A stretch of DNA of 64,000 nt from positions 97,951-161,950 of the forward strand of contig JAUCBJ010001490.1 in the NCBI GenBank assembly GCA_032718475.1. The letters are read 5' to 3'. This document shows, piece after piece, positions 22,147 through 37,141 of the stretch; position 1 is the stretch's first letter, and every line of letters starts with the position of its first letter. The position numbers and the translations under genes are program-made. Below the pieces are notes generated by a model that was not told the origin of the DNA, searched no databases, and worked only from the letters and a program-made list of their open reading frames with translations. The DNA is from Nemertoderma westbladi. Lineage: Eukaryota; Animalia; Xenacoelomorpha.

Positions 22147-23346
22147 CTCTGCCTTCTTGGCTTCTGCGGCTGCCTGCTTGGCTCTATCCAACCACTTGTT
22201 CCCTTCAGCGGCAGCCACGAGCCCAGCTCAGGGTTAGCGAATACACTGCGGAATGCCATGATACCTCCTGGTTCACCACCTCCTACATCAACCGTTCAGA
22301 GAGCATGGATGTCCCCTATTCACGACGCAAACAAAGCCACTCTTCGGCTTGCCGCCCCACCAGTGGCACTTGCCAGGCTTAACTCGCTGCTGGCTCAATG
22401 CGTTGCCCAGCTCCTCCTTGGGACTCGTTCCCAAGGACTCGTTCCCAAGGAGGTTACCCAGTTCCGCATCGCCATTGCTACGAGACTGGGTTGTAAAGTG
22501 GTCGAACCCCACACCTGCCGCTGTGGCACTCCAGTGGCTGCCGATGGCCTCCACGCCCTCTGCTACCAGCTGAGCGCTGGCCGGCATACCCACCACGCCA
22601 TGATAAACGATATCATTCGCCGGGCGTTGATTAGTTGTGGGGTGCCATCAATCCTCTAACCCCTAGGTTTCAACCCCCAGATGGCAGGAAAATTGGATGG
22701 AGTGACCATGACCCCGTGGTCCCAGGGCAAAACCCTAGCATGGGAAGCCACTGTGGTAGATCCACTGGCCCCCAGCCACCTTCAACAAACCATCATTGCC
22801 GGGGGGCACTCAGCTGAGGGGGCGGATCGCATTAAAAACTCGCGTACCTTTATAAGTATCGCGACCTAATGGACCGGGGCCATTTCTTTCACCCTGTGGC
22901 CTTTGAGACCTTTGGCAGCCCCGGTCCAGAGACATCAACCTTCCTCCGGGAGATCGGGGCTCGTCTCCACAGTGCCACCCACGAACCGCGGTCAAACCAG
23001 TTTCTGCTCCAGCGCCTGGAGATAAAAATTTTGGTTGGTAATGCAGCCTCAGTCATGGGGACAGCAGCCACGCCGACCATCGGTCTATTCGGGGACTGAA
23101 GAGCCGAAACCAATCGAAACTGTCGAAATGGTTGCCAATGGAGTCACCAACGGGATGACGGCCAAAGATATTCAACATTCAATACTCTATTACTCTACTA
23201 TTCAATACTTGAGATCTTATGCAATCTCAAATATTCAATTCGGTACTGTACCTTCAATTCAATATTCAATCTTAGTATTATTTCTGTGCTTCGTTATTTA
23301 ATATCACATTTATTTAAATATATATTTGAAATAAATAAAAAAAAAA
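22147..23346 (+). mobile_element. 5'-truncated, frameshifted CRE/R2-group non-LTR retrotransposon (zinc knuckle plus restriction-like endonuclease)
   Basis: RLG...HTCRCG...GLHALC...HHAMINDIIRRAL, DGVTMTPWSQGK.LAWEATVVD and FHPVAFETFG...FLLQRL...GNAASVMGT spread over broken ORFs; A-rich tail at 23331-23346. Confidence 0.8.
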
Positions 23347-23358
23347 TATGCCCACACG

Positions 23359-24097
23359 AAAACCCAGTAAACTAACATTTAACTTTTTGTTGTTATTGTT
23401 ACCTTTCCCATGCCAAAACCAAGTAACTGACAAGTCCCTTCGCCAAAACCCAGTAACTCTGACTTCCTTCGCCAACGGTTAGCGAAAACAAAGAGGCAAC
23501 ATTCTAGAATATAAATAATATTCTAGAACATTTAATTATTTGTCTACGTCTGTTGCGTTGCCAGAGTTACTGGGTTTTGGTTTGGCATAGTATCTGCATT
23601 CGGGAAATCCCACGTCAAAACCCAGTATCTCAAACTGCTGGAAACCCAGTAACTCTGTTTAACTGGGTTTTGACGTGGTAAATCTGACATTGACAATATA
23701 CATACTGGGTTTTGACTTGGACAATTTGTCTTTCGGAAACGATACTCGATTTTGTTCAGAAAATACCATGTGAAAACCCAGTAAAGAATTTTGCTCGAAA
23801 CCCAGTAAGTGCAGTTACTGGGTTTTGGCGGAGGATCTTGGGATTTTTGAGCACATACTGGGTTTTGATGGAGTAACTTTTTCAAAATAACACCAGAAAG
23901 GATACACGAAACCCAGTAACTAGCATTACTGTGTTTCGACGTGGTATTTGCTCTAAATTAGCTAATTAGTTAATTAATTAATTGTTAATACTGCGAAATC
24001 GGTTAGTGCTATGGTTTCGAAACTGAGTCAGATGAATTCTACGCCCCCAAAAATAGAAAAAAATCGATTTCGAAAAAAATTGACATACTGGGTTTGG
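23359..24097. repeat. MITE-like region of dispersed AAAACCCAGTA / TACTGGGTTTT motifs in both orientations
   Basis: More than 12 copies of the motif in alternating orientation. Confidence 0.7.
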
Positions 24098-25147
24098 GTT
24101 TGGAGCTGCCGTAAATCAGGCCCAACTCATCCTTCCCTTCCTTTTGTAAAGGTTGCAAAACCCAAAATAAAAGGTAGTTTGTCAGCTGTAAATCTTTCAC
24201 ATGAGCAAAAATGAATATTTTTTCTCTTGTCCTTTTAGAGGCCCAATAGGAAACTGAAGGAGGTTTAAATCTTTCAATTAATAATTATAAATACAAATTT
24301 ACCAGTCTGAATACTTTATATTTTATTATACATACTTTTACTTTGAAATAAGAATTTGAGCACCAAATTATGGTATATTAATTCATAATATAAACATGGC
24401 AAAGATAAGCGTACCACAAACAAATAGGCCGCGTCTCTGTGAAATCTTTGGCGTCAGTCTGTATATAGTTCGTAAGTCTGCCGCGAGATGACGTAATCTA
24501 AAGGTTTTCACTTCCAGACTTTTCGTCCACTAGCTATTTAGACTTGGTAGTTAGGCGGCCTTAGTAAACACAAGTTCCAGATCCAAAGATCGCCTTTTAG
24601 TCTTTCTACTTTAGGAGCTTATAATATTACGTATACGGATTGATAAAAAATATCGGCGTTGAGAAAATTATGTTTACGTCTAATGATAATATTGGAATAC
24701 CAAAACTACAAGAAACAAAAATGGAATACAGCACAATGCAAATAGCTTTCTATTCAATAGTATATACAACAGTAGATCTGTACAATGTATCAGTAAAAAT
24801 ATTCATATTATAACGATAATCAATAATTAATTAATTGTAAACATGAAATAAATAAATAAATAGTAAATAATAGAAAAAAGAAAGTAGTGCATTTTCAAAT
24901 GGCACTGTGAAATAATATTATGAAATTTAGCCAATAAATACCGGATCTGATATGGCGGTGATTACAAAAGAAAATGAAAGTGAAATAATCCGTTAATTGT
25001 ACAGGAAAATGAAATCCATGATGGAGTACTCTTAGCTGAGAAGTTAGCAAAGTATAGAGATCTTAATGTTAATTAATTAATAGCACTATTAATTATTAAC
25101 TATTAATTAAAAATTATCAATAATTTACTAAGCAGGTCTTCGTTTAA

Positions 25148-27397
25148 TTACATGAAACCAAAACCCTCAGAACCCTCATTGATTGCGATACGCAAAGCTT
25201 GTTGAAGTTTATCCATGGAGCGATAAGTCGGCAGACAGAGTTGGTTGGAGCAGGTGTGAGCAATTGGCAGACAGTCTGTAGACAGACAGGGGTCGTGGGA
25301 GACCAGAAACCCCGGCAACAAGTCGGCGAACCCGCCACTCGGCAGCTGGGAGGAGCCGGTCACGAACTGCACTAGTTTAGTCAACTCCTCCTGCGTGAAG
25401 GAGCCCAGAACCACCCAGAACCACCCGCACTGCGAACCCAACAAGTCAACCTGGCAGTTCCGTCTCATATCCTCGAGATTAATCTCCGCGGCGCCGCAAA
25501 GTAGAAGTTCCAACTCAGATTCATTGAAAACTCCTAAGAGTTGAGATAGAATTAAATTAGATAGACCGGAAACGAATTGTTTAGTTTGTTGTTCCACCTG
25601 AGTAGATAATCGGAACTTGGCGATCGCGTTTAAATACTCCAGTTTATTAGTTTCTTTTACTCGTATTTTTTTCCCGTTATGAACTATATCGACTGTTTTC
25701 TCTAAACGTCCGTCGTTTGTGTAAATATCTTCCGTGAAATAAAGATCTAAATCCTCGGGGTTGTTTTCGACGAGGTATCGGACTTTAGAGACGTAAAAAT
25801 CTGGGTCGTCCGTGGAGAACAGGGAGTAGGTTACAGGGAGGTCGACTATTTGTGCGAGAAAAGATCGCGTTAGATGGACCGGAAGGAGTAGTCTAGAGGC
25901 GCGCCCGAAAGAGGATTCGTACAAAGCCTTACCGACCAAACGGCCGGCGAACTCGAAGAGTTTCCAGTCGGTCGGGGACCGACGGTCCGGGTTGGGATGG
26001 AGGAGGGCTTGGTTACTCGAGCAAAGCGGGGCGAATAGAGGTTGTCCGCGGGGGTCGGTGTGGTTGAATACCGCGAGGGTTACCAGTTGGAACCATTCCC
26101 GGCCGACCCCGCCGTAATCCAAACCCGCCTCCCCGAGGAAATGAACAACGAAACGGTCCTGCCAAACTCGAGACGAAATGGTGGCTCTCATCGAGTTTGC
26201 TAGTAAATCGTCGCGAGAAACTTTGAGACTTAACGATTTGCGACTGACAGGGTTATTGTAGTGCGACTGAATGGCATTAAAGAAGAAGCGAGATTTATCT
26301 TCGAATGTTTCAGAACCGCCCATGTTGAGTTGCAGCTGGCGGAAGTAGGAAGCAGCCAATAGGGAGGCTTCCTCAGAAACTAGGGTTACGGAATGCTCAG
26401 TAGAATCGCTTATAGAAACTCTGTTACCTAGCAACTCGACCGAGGTCCCTTGACCCACCCGGAAAGCGGTACGTTTTACCGGAATCAAGTTAAAGAACAT
26501 GTAATCATAGATAGATAACTGTCGTGGTTTTATGTAACAATACACTTTGTTTTTTGGTTTTTTTGAGTCTGGAATTCTGCAGGTGTAATAGGCGTCCCTA
26601 TGGTTACGTCTGTCTAGGTTCTTATTGACTACTTGAGAATCCGATTTAGTGAGGGAGATGATTTTAAACTCGCCGTTGCTGATTGGCTGGCCGTCGTACT
26701 TAAAGACGTAGTTCGAAAGACCAGGGGTTTCCAGGGTCATATAGAATTCGACGACTTCCGTTTTAATTTTGTAACTAATTTGCAGCGTTGGCGAGTTATC
26801 TGCGGACGTCGGAATGATTTGACATTTATTAGGCGCAGAATCGAGGCAAATATTGCCAAAGGTGTCTCGCGGTTGGAAAGTCAAGTTGACGGGTATACCG
26901 ATCTCGGCGACCACGGTAGAACAGTAACCCAGCAACCGGGACTTCGCCAGGGAGACCTCCCCAGCTACGAAGGGTCGTCCGAAGGTGCGCGTGTTAAACG
27001 CAGCGGTGAGCGTCACCGCGTAAACGCCAGAGGAACGAGTTGTAAAGGAACAGCGTATGAGTTCGATTTCGCCGTTTTCTTTATGTTGAGTTTCACACGA
27101 ACACGGACAAACTAACCCCTCCGGGTTCGTTATCGATACTGCAATCTCATTCACCGACCCGAAAGGAACATTTCGAGGAAATGGTAAACCAAAAAGGCAG
27201 AAGCGTTTACTGATGAGAAACGAAACCGTGGCACCGACGGCTTTTGGTTGGTTCCACAACCATTCCACCTGCAGCTTCCGGCCAGTATTATTGTAAATTA
27301 GATTCCACAACCACTTTATGGCCAATATTCCTGTCATGGCTCCATAGATTATCAATATTGTTAAACGTAAAATATAAAGTCTAAAGAACCTGTACAT
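25148..27397 (-). CDS. AREL1: Apoptosis-resistant E3 ubiquitin ligase 1 (filamin-like repeat plus HECT), single exon, 749 aa
   Basis: GGSETFEDK, GEAGLDYGGVGREWF, FAGRLVGKALYES, NESELELLLCG, and C-terminal LPIAHTCSNQLCLPTY...EGSEGFGFM with the catalytic Cys. Confidence 0.93.
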   Translation of the reverse strand: MYRFFRLYILRLTILIIYGAMTGILAIKWLWNLIYNNTGRKLQVEWLWNQPKAVGATVSFLISKRFCLFGLPFPRNVPFGSVNEIAVSITNPEGLVCPCSCETQHKENGEIELIRCSFTTRSSGVYAVTLTAAFNTRTFGRPFVAGEVSLAKSRLLGYCSTVVAEIGIPVNLTFQPRDTFGNICLDSAPNKCQIIPTSADNSPTLQISYKIKTEVVEFYMTLETPGLSNYVFKYDGQPISNGEFKIISLTKSDSQVVNKNLDRRNHRDAYYTCRIPDSKKPKNKVYCYIKPRQLSIYDYMFFNLIPVKRTAFRVGQGTSVELLGNRVSISDSTEHSVTLVSEEASLLAASYFRQLQLNMGGSETFEDKSRFFFNAIQSHYNNPVSRKSLSLKVSRDDLLANSMRATISSRVWQDRFVVHFLGEAGLDYGGVGREWFQLVTLAVFNHTDPRGQPLFAPLCSSNQALLHPNPDRRSPTDWKLFEFAGRLVGKALYESSFGRASRLLLPVHLTRSFLAQIVDLPVTYSLFSTDDPDFYVSKVRYLVENNPEDLDLYFTEDIYTNDGRLEKTVDIVHNGKKIRVKETNKLEYLNAIAKFRLSTQVEQQTKQFVSGLSNLILSQLLGVFNESELELLLCGAAEINLEDMRRNCQVDLLGSQCGWFWVVLGSFTQEELTKLVQFVTGSSQLPSGGFADLLPGFLVSHDPCLSTDCLPIAHTCSNQLCLPTYRSMDKLQQALRIAINEGSEGFGFM

Positions 27398-28480
27398 CGT
27401 TCGTTACCATAAGGCATAAAGTACTGAACAGCTGAATGAATACAGTACACAATGTACACGTTCGTGGGGCCTTCGCGCAGCACGAGGCCCAGTTATGAGA
27501 TACAAATTAAAATTGTGCGACTGTATCACAAAATCAGGTTATGAGATATTAACCCACACCACCAATTAATCAAAGAAAGGGGGACAGTACGTGTTCACCC
27601 CTTTTAATCTGCACACCCCCCCCCCCCCCCCCTCCCCCCACCCACCAATACATAACCGCGACATCTACCACCCACGGAAGGGTAGCACGAACTTATTTCC
27701 AATCGCACGTTAAATATGCAAAGCCAGGTGGTTTATAGGAATATAATAAACGCAGTACTCGTTTTCATTATAAGCCTCTTTGCGTTCGTCCTGTTTTGTA
27801 TTTAAATATATTTCTTAAACGCAGGCTAGGACGATCTTTATAATAATAATAACTAGGGATGCGATCAATATGTGAAGCCAGGTGGTTTATATAACAATTT
27901 AGTCAACGCAGTACTCGTCTTCATTATATGCCTCGTTGCGCTCGTCGCTTGTCCTGTTTTGTCATAAAATATTTTTCCTAAACGCAGACTGACGATCTTT
28001 ATACAGTTATAACTATGCGAAGTTTCGAAACTGTGCGAGTAACTGTTGATACATCTATGTGGAGATGTGTGATATGTGGAGATGTGTGATACAACGCCAA
28101 CGCATCTTATGCCGATGTAGTAATATGGGTATTGAAATAATATTAAATCAATGTACACTCTTAAAGCTGCAGCGAAAAAATGTAGCTAATTTCCTAGGTT
28201 ACATATAAAATAATAATATTATTTTTAAGAACATTAATTTTACTACTTTGCAAAAATTCAATTAAAAAATAACCAGACATATACATTGTGGAATAAACTA
28301 TTTCAGAAGCCTACACAACAGCCATGCCATGGATTGTATTTATGTTATTATATCTGTCATTTACCTGAGATAGCAATACAACACTTATAGTAGAGTCAAT
28401 ACAGGAAGGATGTTGGGATGTTGGATTTCAAGAATGATGTCTGGGCTGGAATAGCAATACTGGTTGCCTATTACAGTACA

Positions 28481-30070
<1,590 letters not shown>

Positions 30071-30624
30071 ATTCCTCTCTGGTTAGTCTACAGCCACAAC
30101 TCCAAGCCAGCTAGCTCCACACCAGCAGAGACTTGACCAATAATCATTCCCAGCAAATAGCTGCCTTACACACACATCCTTCCATCGTACCAGCATGTTA
30201 GCCAATAAATGAGCAGTATTTAATGAGAATCAATTTTTTATGACGTTTTAATTACTTTAGATCAATTAAAGACACAATTAATAAAGCAAATCACTTGAAC
30301 TAATTAAAAACTATAATAGAATGGCGTATGTGGATTACATCTGTATAATTTTTAAGTATAATTATTTAAATCTTATACTGTAAAACAATTAATTTCCTTT
30401 AAAAGGCAGGTTGAAAATGGTGTTTTTACCGTAATCAACTTAATTAACTAATTAACTGCTATTATCTTAGCTTCTCGAAGGCCACACGGAAATTCTACTT
30501 GGAAAATTTCTAAACTTTTGCCAAACAACATGTGTACCAAGTTTGGATAGATTTCATCAAAGATTGGCTGAGTTATTAACGTTTAAAATTGGACGCGACA
30601 GAACGACAGAACGACAGAACGACA

Positions 30625-32223
30625 CGTTCGTGGGGCCTTCGCGCAGCACGAGGCCCAGTTATTAGATACAAATTAAAATTGAGCGACTGTATCACAAAAT
30701 CAGGTTTTGAGAAATTTACCCACACCACCAATCAATCAAAGAAAGGGGGACAGTACGTGTTCACCCCTTTTAATCCCCCCCCCCCCCCCAACCTTCCCAA
30801 CCACAATACATAACCGGGACATCTACCACCCACGGAAGGGTAGCACGAACTTATTTCCAATCGCACGTTAAATATGCAAAGCCAGGTGGTTTATAGGAAT
30901 ATAATAAACGCAGTACTCGTTTTCATTATAAGCCTCTTTGCGTTCGTCCTGTTTTGTATTTAAATATATTTCTTAAACGCAGGCTGACGATATTTATAAT
31001 AATAATAACTAGGGATGCGATCAATATGTGAAGCCAGGTGGTTTATATAATAATTTAGTCAACGAGGTACTCGTCTTCATTATATGCCTCGTTGCGCTCG
31101 TCGCTTGTCCTGTTTTGTCATAAAATATTTTTCCTAAACGCAGACTGACGATCTTTATACAGTTATAACTATGCGAAGTTTCGAAACTGTGCGAGTAACT
31201 GTTGATACATCTATGTGGAGATGTGTGATATGTGGAGATGTGTGATACAACGCCAACGCATCTTATGCCGATGTAGTAATATGGGTATTGAAATAATATT
31301 AAATCAATGTACACTCTTAAAGCTGCAGCGAAAAAATGTAGCTAATTTCCTAGGTTACATATAAAATAATAATATTATTTTTAAGAACATTAATTTTACT
31401 ACTTTGCAAAAATTCAATTAAAAAATAACCAGACATATACATTGTGGAATAAACTATTTCAGATAAGCCTACACAACAGCCATGCCATGGATGGTATTTA
31501 TGTTATTATATCTGTCATTTACCTGAGATAGCAATACAACACTTATAGTAGAGTCAATACAGGAAGGATGTTGGGATGTTGGAATGCTGCCTGGGCTGGA
31601 ATAGCAATACTGGTTGCCTATTACAATTTCTCTCTGGTTAGTCTACAGCCACAACTCCAAGCTAGCTCCACACCAGCAGAGACTTGACCAATAATCATTC
31701 CCAGCAACTAGCTGCCTTACACACACATCCTTCCATCGTACCAGCATGTTAGCCAATAAATGAGCAGTATTTAATGAGAATCAATTTTTTATGACGTTTT
31801 AATTACTTTAGATCAATTAAAGACACAATTAATAAAGCAAATCACTTGAACTAATTAAAAACTATAATAGAATGGCGTATGTGGATTACATCTGTATAAT
31901 TTTTAAGTATAATTATTTAAATCTTATACTGTAAAACAATTAATTTCCTTTAACAGGCAGGTTGAAAATGGTGTTTTTACCGTAATCAACTTAATTAACT
32001 AATTAACTGCTATTATCTTAGCTTCTCGAAGGCCACACGGAAATTCTACTTGGAAAATTTCTAAACTTTTGCCAAACAACATGTGTACCAAGTTTGGATA
32101 GATTTCATCAAAGATTGGCTGAGTTATTAACGTTTAAAATTGGACGCGACAGAACGACAGAACGACAGGTTGATTAATGGTACCACTACGCTAAGGCTCA
32201 CTCACTTCGTGGCTCGCCCCACA
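30625..32223. mobile_element. Second complete copy of the ~1.6 kb HINE-like element, inserted inside the first
   Basis: Near-identical to 27459-28475 plus 30071-30624; accounts for the duplicated 56 bp terminus at 32168-32279. Confidence 0.75.
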
Positions 32224-32846
32224 GGTTGATTAATGGTACCACTACGCTAAGGCTCACTCACTTCGTGGCTCGCCCCACAGTTTACCGATTCTATTAAAAG
32301 GTTGCCAGGAGACAGACCTCGGGCACAGTCTGATAGGCTAAATTATGGAACAAACTTGAATGGATGTCGGTTGATATACTGTAGAAACCACTCCGACAGC
32401 CAATTAGATTTGTTTCCACATGTTTTGTAAAGTCATTCGAACGAGTTTGCAAAAGTCAGGAAACAAAAAAAATGTTACAAAACTGAAAAACTAGCCGGGG
32501 CGGCTCATGGCCACCACCATAGTTTTTCATTCAGCCGTTTTATTTGCTGTATTGTAATAATGACATACCACCTACAGTTTACTGACTAACGTTTCTATTT
32601 TTATATACTGTACATGTAGTACTGTAATACCCAAGTTACCCTGTTTCACAATTAATTTTAGTACAGAAGATTAGTAGGCAATGTATTATTATTTGTTCTA
32701 AAGATACATTATGTTTCATATTGCAAGCCTACATACTGTATTACTTAATGTTTTATGTTTATAGACAATTTGGTTAATTACCTAATAAATCGATGGAATT
32801 TTCACAAACTTGGTGATTAATTACAACGGATATTGTTCGATTGAAT

Positions 32847-32925
32847 ATGAATGTTTTAGGAGCCGATGCGGCAATAAGGAATGCCGTTGCCGCCTTCACT
32901 GCCGGAGGCAATGAATATTTTGTCA
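32847..32925 (+). CDS. Candidate 5' coding exon of PDE1
   Basis: MNVLGADAAIRNAVAAFTAGGNEYFV-a|gtaagt (alternatively an acceptor at 32859). Phase 1 is compatible with 34359. No homology support. Confidence 0.35.
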
Positions 32926-34358
32926 GTAAGTATCAACATATTTGGTAATTTATTTGAATCGAGAAGTTGATGGGGTTGGGTAATCTACAATGCAGTAATT
33001 TGTCATTGTTTAGTTTTCCTTCTACACTGCACGGACGGAGCAATCTTCGTCAAATAAGCAATTACAATAATACGACTTAATTAGATAATTAAGTGTTTGG
33101 CTAATTATGATACTGTAACCTGTGATAATTTAGCTTATTGTTTTGGTTATAATTACAGGCCACTGTAACTTGCTCATTTTCCTTAATTATTGAATTACAG
33201 CGGGCAAATATTGGGCCCGGGCGTATATCCAACTTAGATTCTACAACCTAAGTATACCTCGTCGCGTAAACTAACAATTTACAGGACGTTTATAATAAAC
33301 CCAGAGCAATGTCGTAATGTAATAAATTCGGGTAAACAATTAATTAATTTTCGGGTTAAAAATTAACCCGGCCCGGGCTGAATAACCGCCACTTAGTTAG
33401 TTACCCGCCTCACTGCACACGGTTTCCTTTATACTGTAAGTTGTGTGTAAACACGACCCCCTACCACTCACTCACACCCGAATGTACGCGCACATTCTGT
33501 AGCTAATGCGTCCGTCTCCTGCGACCCTCGCAACCAGCTGAATGTGATACACCTTAACTATTAACGTGTTATTTACTTATTTATTTAATAATTATTTTTG
33601 CTAATGGTAAATTAGTGTAATCGATACCTCTTTTACCCCGTATGGAGGTGTATCTTGAAATATGAAATTAAAATTTATTTTACTTAGACGCTCGGGTAAC
33701 GTAGTTCAATCCGGGAAAACATTAGAAAACTTCAAAAACAAAAGTTCGTCTTACGTTAAGAAATCATACTAATTGGTCGTATAAAAATATGTTGTCAAAA
33801 TGTGATGTCGCCAGGCAATCACATCAAAGGATATTAATTTGAAGTATGAAGTAACCTTGACATTTACGTGTCACACGGCCATGCAGATTGGCGTGTCAAG
33901 GAGGATGAGTGAGAGGTTTCGGTTTAGTTTAATAGGAAATCGTGATAATCCCGTAGAAACGGCGTTAAAACTGAGGTAACATCATTGAGTTAGTTGGGGG
34001 GTTCCTGTGGGGAATAGGATGTTATAATGAGAACGGGGGATGATGGAAATGCGATGCCTAACCTAGCAACCAAGGACACACAATGTTTATGTTACAGCTG
34101 GTGTGCACAGCATTAGGTATCACGGGGGGATTATTAGAGACAAGGTTAGCTATTAAGTGTAGAGTATATGAAACCCGCCCATCAATCACATCTATAGAGA
34201 TTAATTTCTGTATCCACAAAATGTATTCTAAAAGTTATTAAAATTTATACTGAATCTCACTACTTTTTCTAGATGTTTCGCCCAGTATAATTAATTATCA
34301 GCTCAACAAATGGTTTTATACGCTGTTGTATTGTAATTTTAACCTATTACTTTTTCAG

Positions 34359-34379
34359 TTCCCGAGAAGGATATTTCAG
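34359..34379 (+). CDS. Candidate 21 nt microexon of PDE1
   Basis: tactttttcag|TTCCCGAGAAGGATATTTCAG|gtgagt; strong splice sites; phase 1-1. Confidence 0.45.
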
Positions 34380-34893
34380 GTGAGTTTAACATCGATAATA
34401 TATCTTAAAGAAGAAATTCTCAAACACGTTGACATTTTTCGAGTATTTAGTAGCATTTTAATATAATTTTTATAGTAGGCCTATTACTACTGTACTGTAG
34501 GCCTACTATTAATATTTGATTTTTGTATCAAATGAATAAGTTGAAATGTCCCAAATACTCCTACGTTATGTACAGTAATATAGAATAATTTAAAAAGGCG
34601 AATAAAGTCGAAAATCTACATTAAATAAAGGATAATAGGACTACTTTAAATAGCGATGTTGTGTGTAGGACTACTTGTGTGTGTGCGACACTAAAATTAC
34701 TTTTTACCAAATACAGTAATTACTGTATTACTCATACTCAATGCTGGCCACCAGAAGGCTCTGCTTTGTTCTTTTTACTTTTGTTTCTATGTAACAAAAT
34801 AAAAAAGTTGGTGTAAGTTTTGCAATACCAAGTTTTGCATTGCCAAACAGCGTGTTTAGCAAAATATTAATCTATCGTAATATTATTATATAG

Positions 34894-35008
34894 GAACTTA
34901 TTTGGGGAAATGTAATGTTTATAAAAGGAGAATTCAAAGACCAAAAATGGAAATGAAACGACAGAATTCCGACACATTAATACAAAGAGCGTCCAGTGCC
35001 ATTACAAG
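34894..35008 (+). CDS. PDE1: PDE1 N-terminal exon
   Basis: atag|GA...MEMKRQNSDTLIQRASSAIT-AG|gtaaga; open frame, phase 2 matches 36726. Confidence 0.55.
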
Positions 35009-35467
35009 GTAAGATATTTAGTAGGCGAGGCGGTGCGCTAATTCATACAGCAACCGCTAAAATAATAGGATTTTGTAGATACTACTGTATAGTTACCGGT
35101 AGTTATTTATTGACATAATTTAAAAAAAACGAATGCGCAACAGCTATAAAAAGAACAGACAGATACTGTACAAGGGTAACATTATACAGTATCGTAAACC
35201 TACAGAGAAAGTCCGATATCGATGAGAACTACACAACGAACTAGAATTTCATTATTACAGAAGCAACACCCGCCAGCTAATATATTCCAAAAGAGATATT
35301 AGTAGGCCTACTGTACGAACTACGAGGGTATGTTGGGGAAGCGCAGGAAGTAGTTATCCAGCTTAGCATACAGGATCCACTACAGTACTGTATGTTAACT
35401 ATGTGTAACAAAGTTTGGTTTAATTCCATCAACGATTTATTAAGTTATTAGCTTTCACACATTTGCC

Positions 35468-35585
35468 GACAGACATAGACATAACGACCGCCAGACATAG
35501 ACATAACGACCGACAGACATAGACATAACGACCGACAGACATATACATAACGACCGACAGACATAGACATAACGACCGACAGACA
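35468..35585 (+). repeat. 22 bp tandem repeat (GACAGACATAGACATAACGACC) x5 near a degenerate HINE-like end
   Basis: Followed by TTTCGTCGCTCGCTCCAC at ~35621. Confidence 0.85.
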
Positions 35586-36725
35586 ACTTTTGGAACAGCG
35601 GTACCCATATGCTAAGCCGATTTCGTCGCTCGCTCCACCGAGATATAGTTTGGTTTGGTTCCTAAGTTGGTGGCCCTAATTTGAAATTTGTTCAATCTCA
35701 TTCTTTGAGACAGGGGGCGGGGGGAAACTGGATGCAAATCCCATCTTGGCGAATTAATATCCCGCCTCAATGTTAAATTCTCAATTTAGGGAAAGGAGCA
35801 GGTTACAGTGGCACGTTATTTTAACTAAAACAATAAGCTAAACACAATAAAACAGGTAACAGTTTTAATTTTGAGAGTAATCAGCTGTTATTTGCGTCTA
35901 ATTTCCCCTGGAAAGAGATTTACTTTTATTGCGTCCAGCCCCCCCTTATCTGCATTCTTTAGCTTCAAGCGTTTGAAAAGGTGTCTCAGTTGAAATTGCA
36001 CCACTCAGTTACACCGTTATTTTTCAACCTTTAGTGATTTGTTGGTACTTATGGAAAGCTGGCCATCATGCATGGAAACCAAATAGGGAGGGAAAACATG
36101 AATTTGGATGAGAAATAGGCAGAGCTGTGGCTGCTGCAAATAATAACACCAACAAATCAAACAACAATACAGTCTGATAGTAGGCCTAGACATAAACCTC
36201 AACTTAAAACTAATGAGTTTCCTAATAAGAAATATCATGAATATCTATTAGGCCTACTATAAAACATTAGTGTTCCAAAAAATCAAATTCTCGTATTTTA
36301 CTGCTAAAAATATTGAAATCTTTATCTGGCGTTATACTATTCAAATCTGCACTGCACGCTTCGCTAAACAACTACATATACATGACCATAAAAGGATGCA
36401 CCTGTAGCTAGGCCTATACATTTTACAGTAATAGATCACTAGTATTTTATATACTCGGTACATATAACAAAATCCTAGCGCCAATCCTTTCCAAACATGT
36501 TCAGACATTGTTTTTTGTATGGAAAAGCTGTATCGACTCTGCACAATAGGTTAGTTAAATAAAAATAAAGTTGTAGTATAGACCTGCGTCCTAGTACAGT
36601 ACAAGATTATAATAATTTAAAACCTACCACAATACTGTAGGCCTACATTGACGATGTGTATAGCATGTAGGTAGAGGGAACTGATTAGGTTACGTATCAC
36701 CGTATTTCACTGATTTTGTTTTCAG

Positions 36726-36842
36726 ATTCAGCTTATTGTTAGATGAAGTTGAGGTTGGAGACGAACTATCCGCTAATCTATTGGTGGCCGATATTCAATA
36801 CGGATTGAATGTATTGGAGACAGTGATATCAGAAGAGACCAG
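36726..36842 (+). CDS. PDE1: PDE1 exon (N-terminal regulatory region)
   Basis: ttcag|(R)FSLLLDEVEVGDELSANLLVADIQYGLNVLETVISEET(R)|gtgagt aligns with PDE1 RL..L...LE.G......L...IEYAA.VLE.V..DETR. Confidence 0.8.
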
Positions 36843-36885
36843 GTGAGTTAAATGGTCGAATAGGTACCACATCTAATAGGGCTGC

Positions 36886-37141
36886 ACCACATCTACTCCC
36901 CAATGGTGACTACACCACATCTACTCCCCAATGGTGACTGTACCACATCTACCCCCAATGGTGACTGCACCACATCTACTCCCCTATGGTCGCTGCACCA
37001 CATCTACTCCCCAATGGTGGCTACATCACATCTACTCCGCAATGGTCGACATCTACTCCCCTATGGTGACTGTACCACATCTACCCCCAATGGTGACTGT
37101 ACAGTACCACATCTACTCTCCAACGGTGGCTGCACCACATA
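36886..37141 (+). repeat. 28 bp minisatellite (CCACATCTACTCCCCAATGGTGACTGTA), ~9 units
   Basis: Direct tandem units just after the PDE1 donor. Confidence 0.9.
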
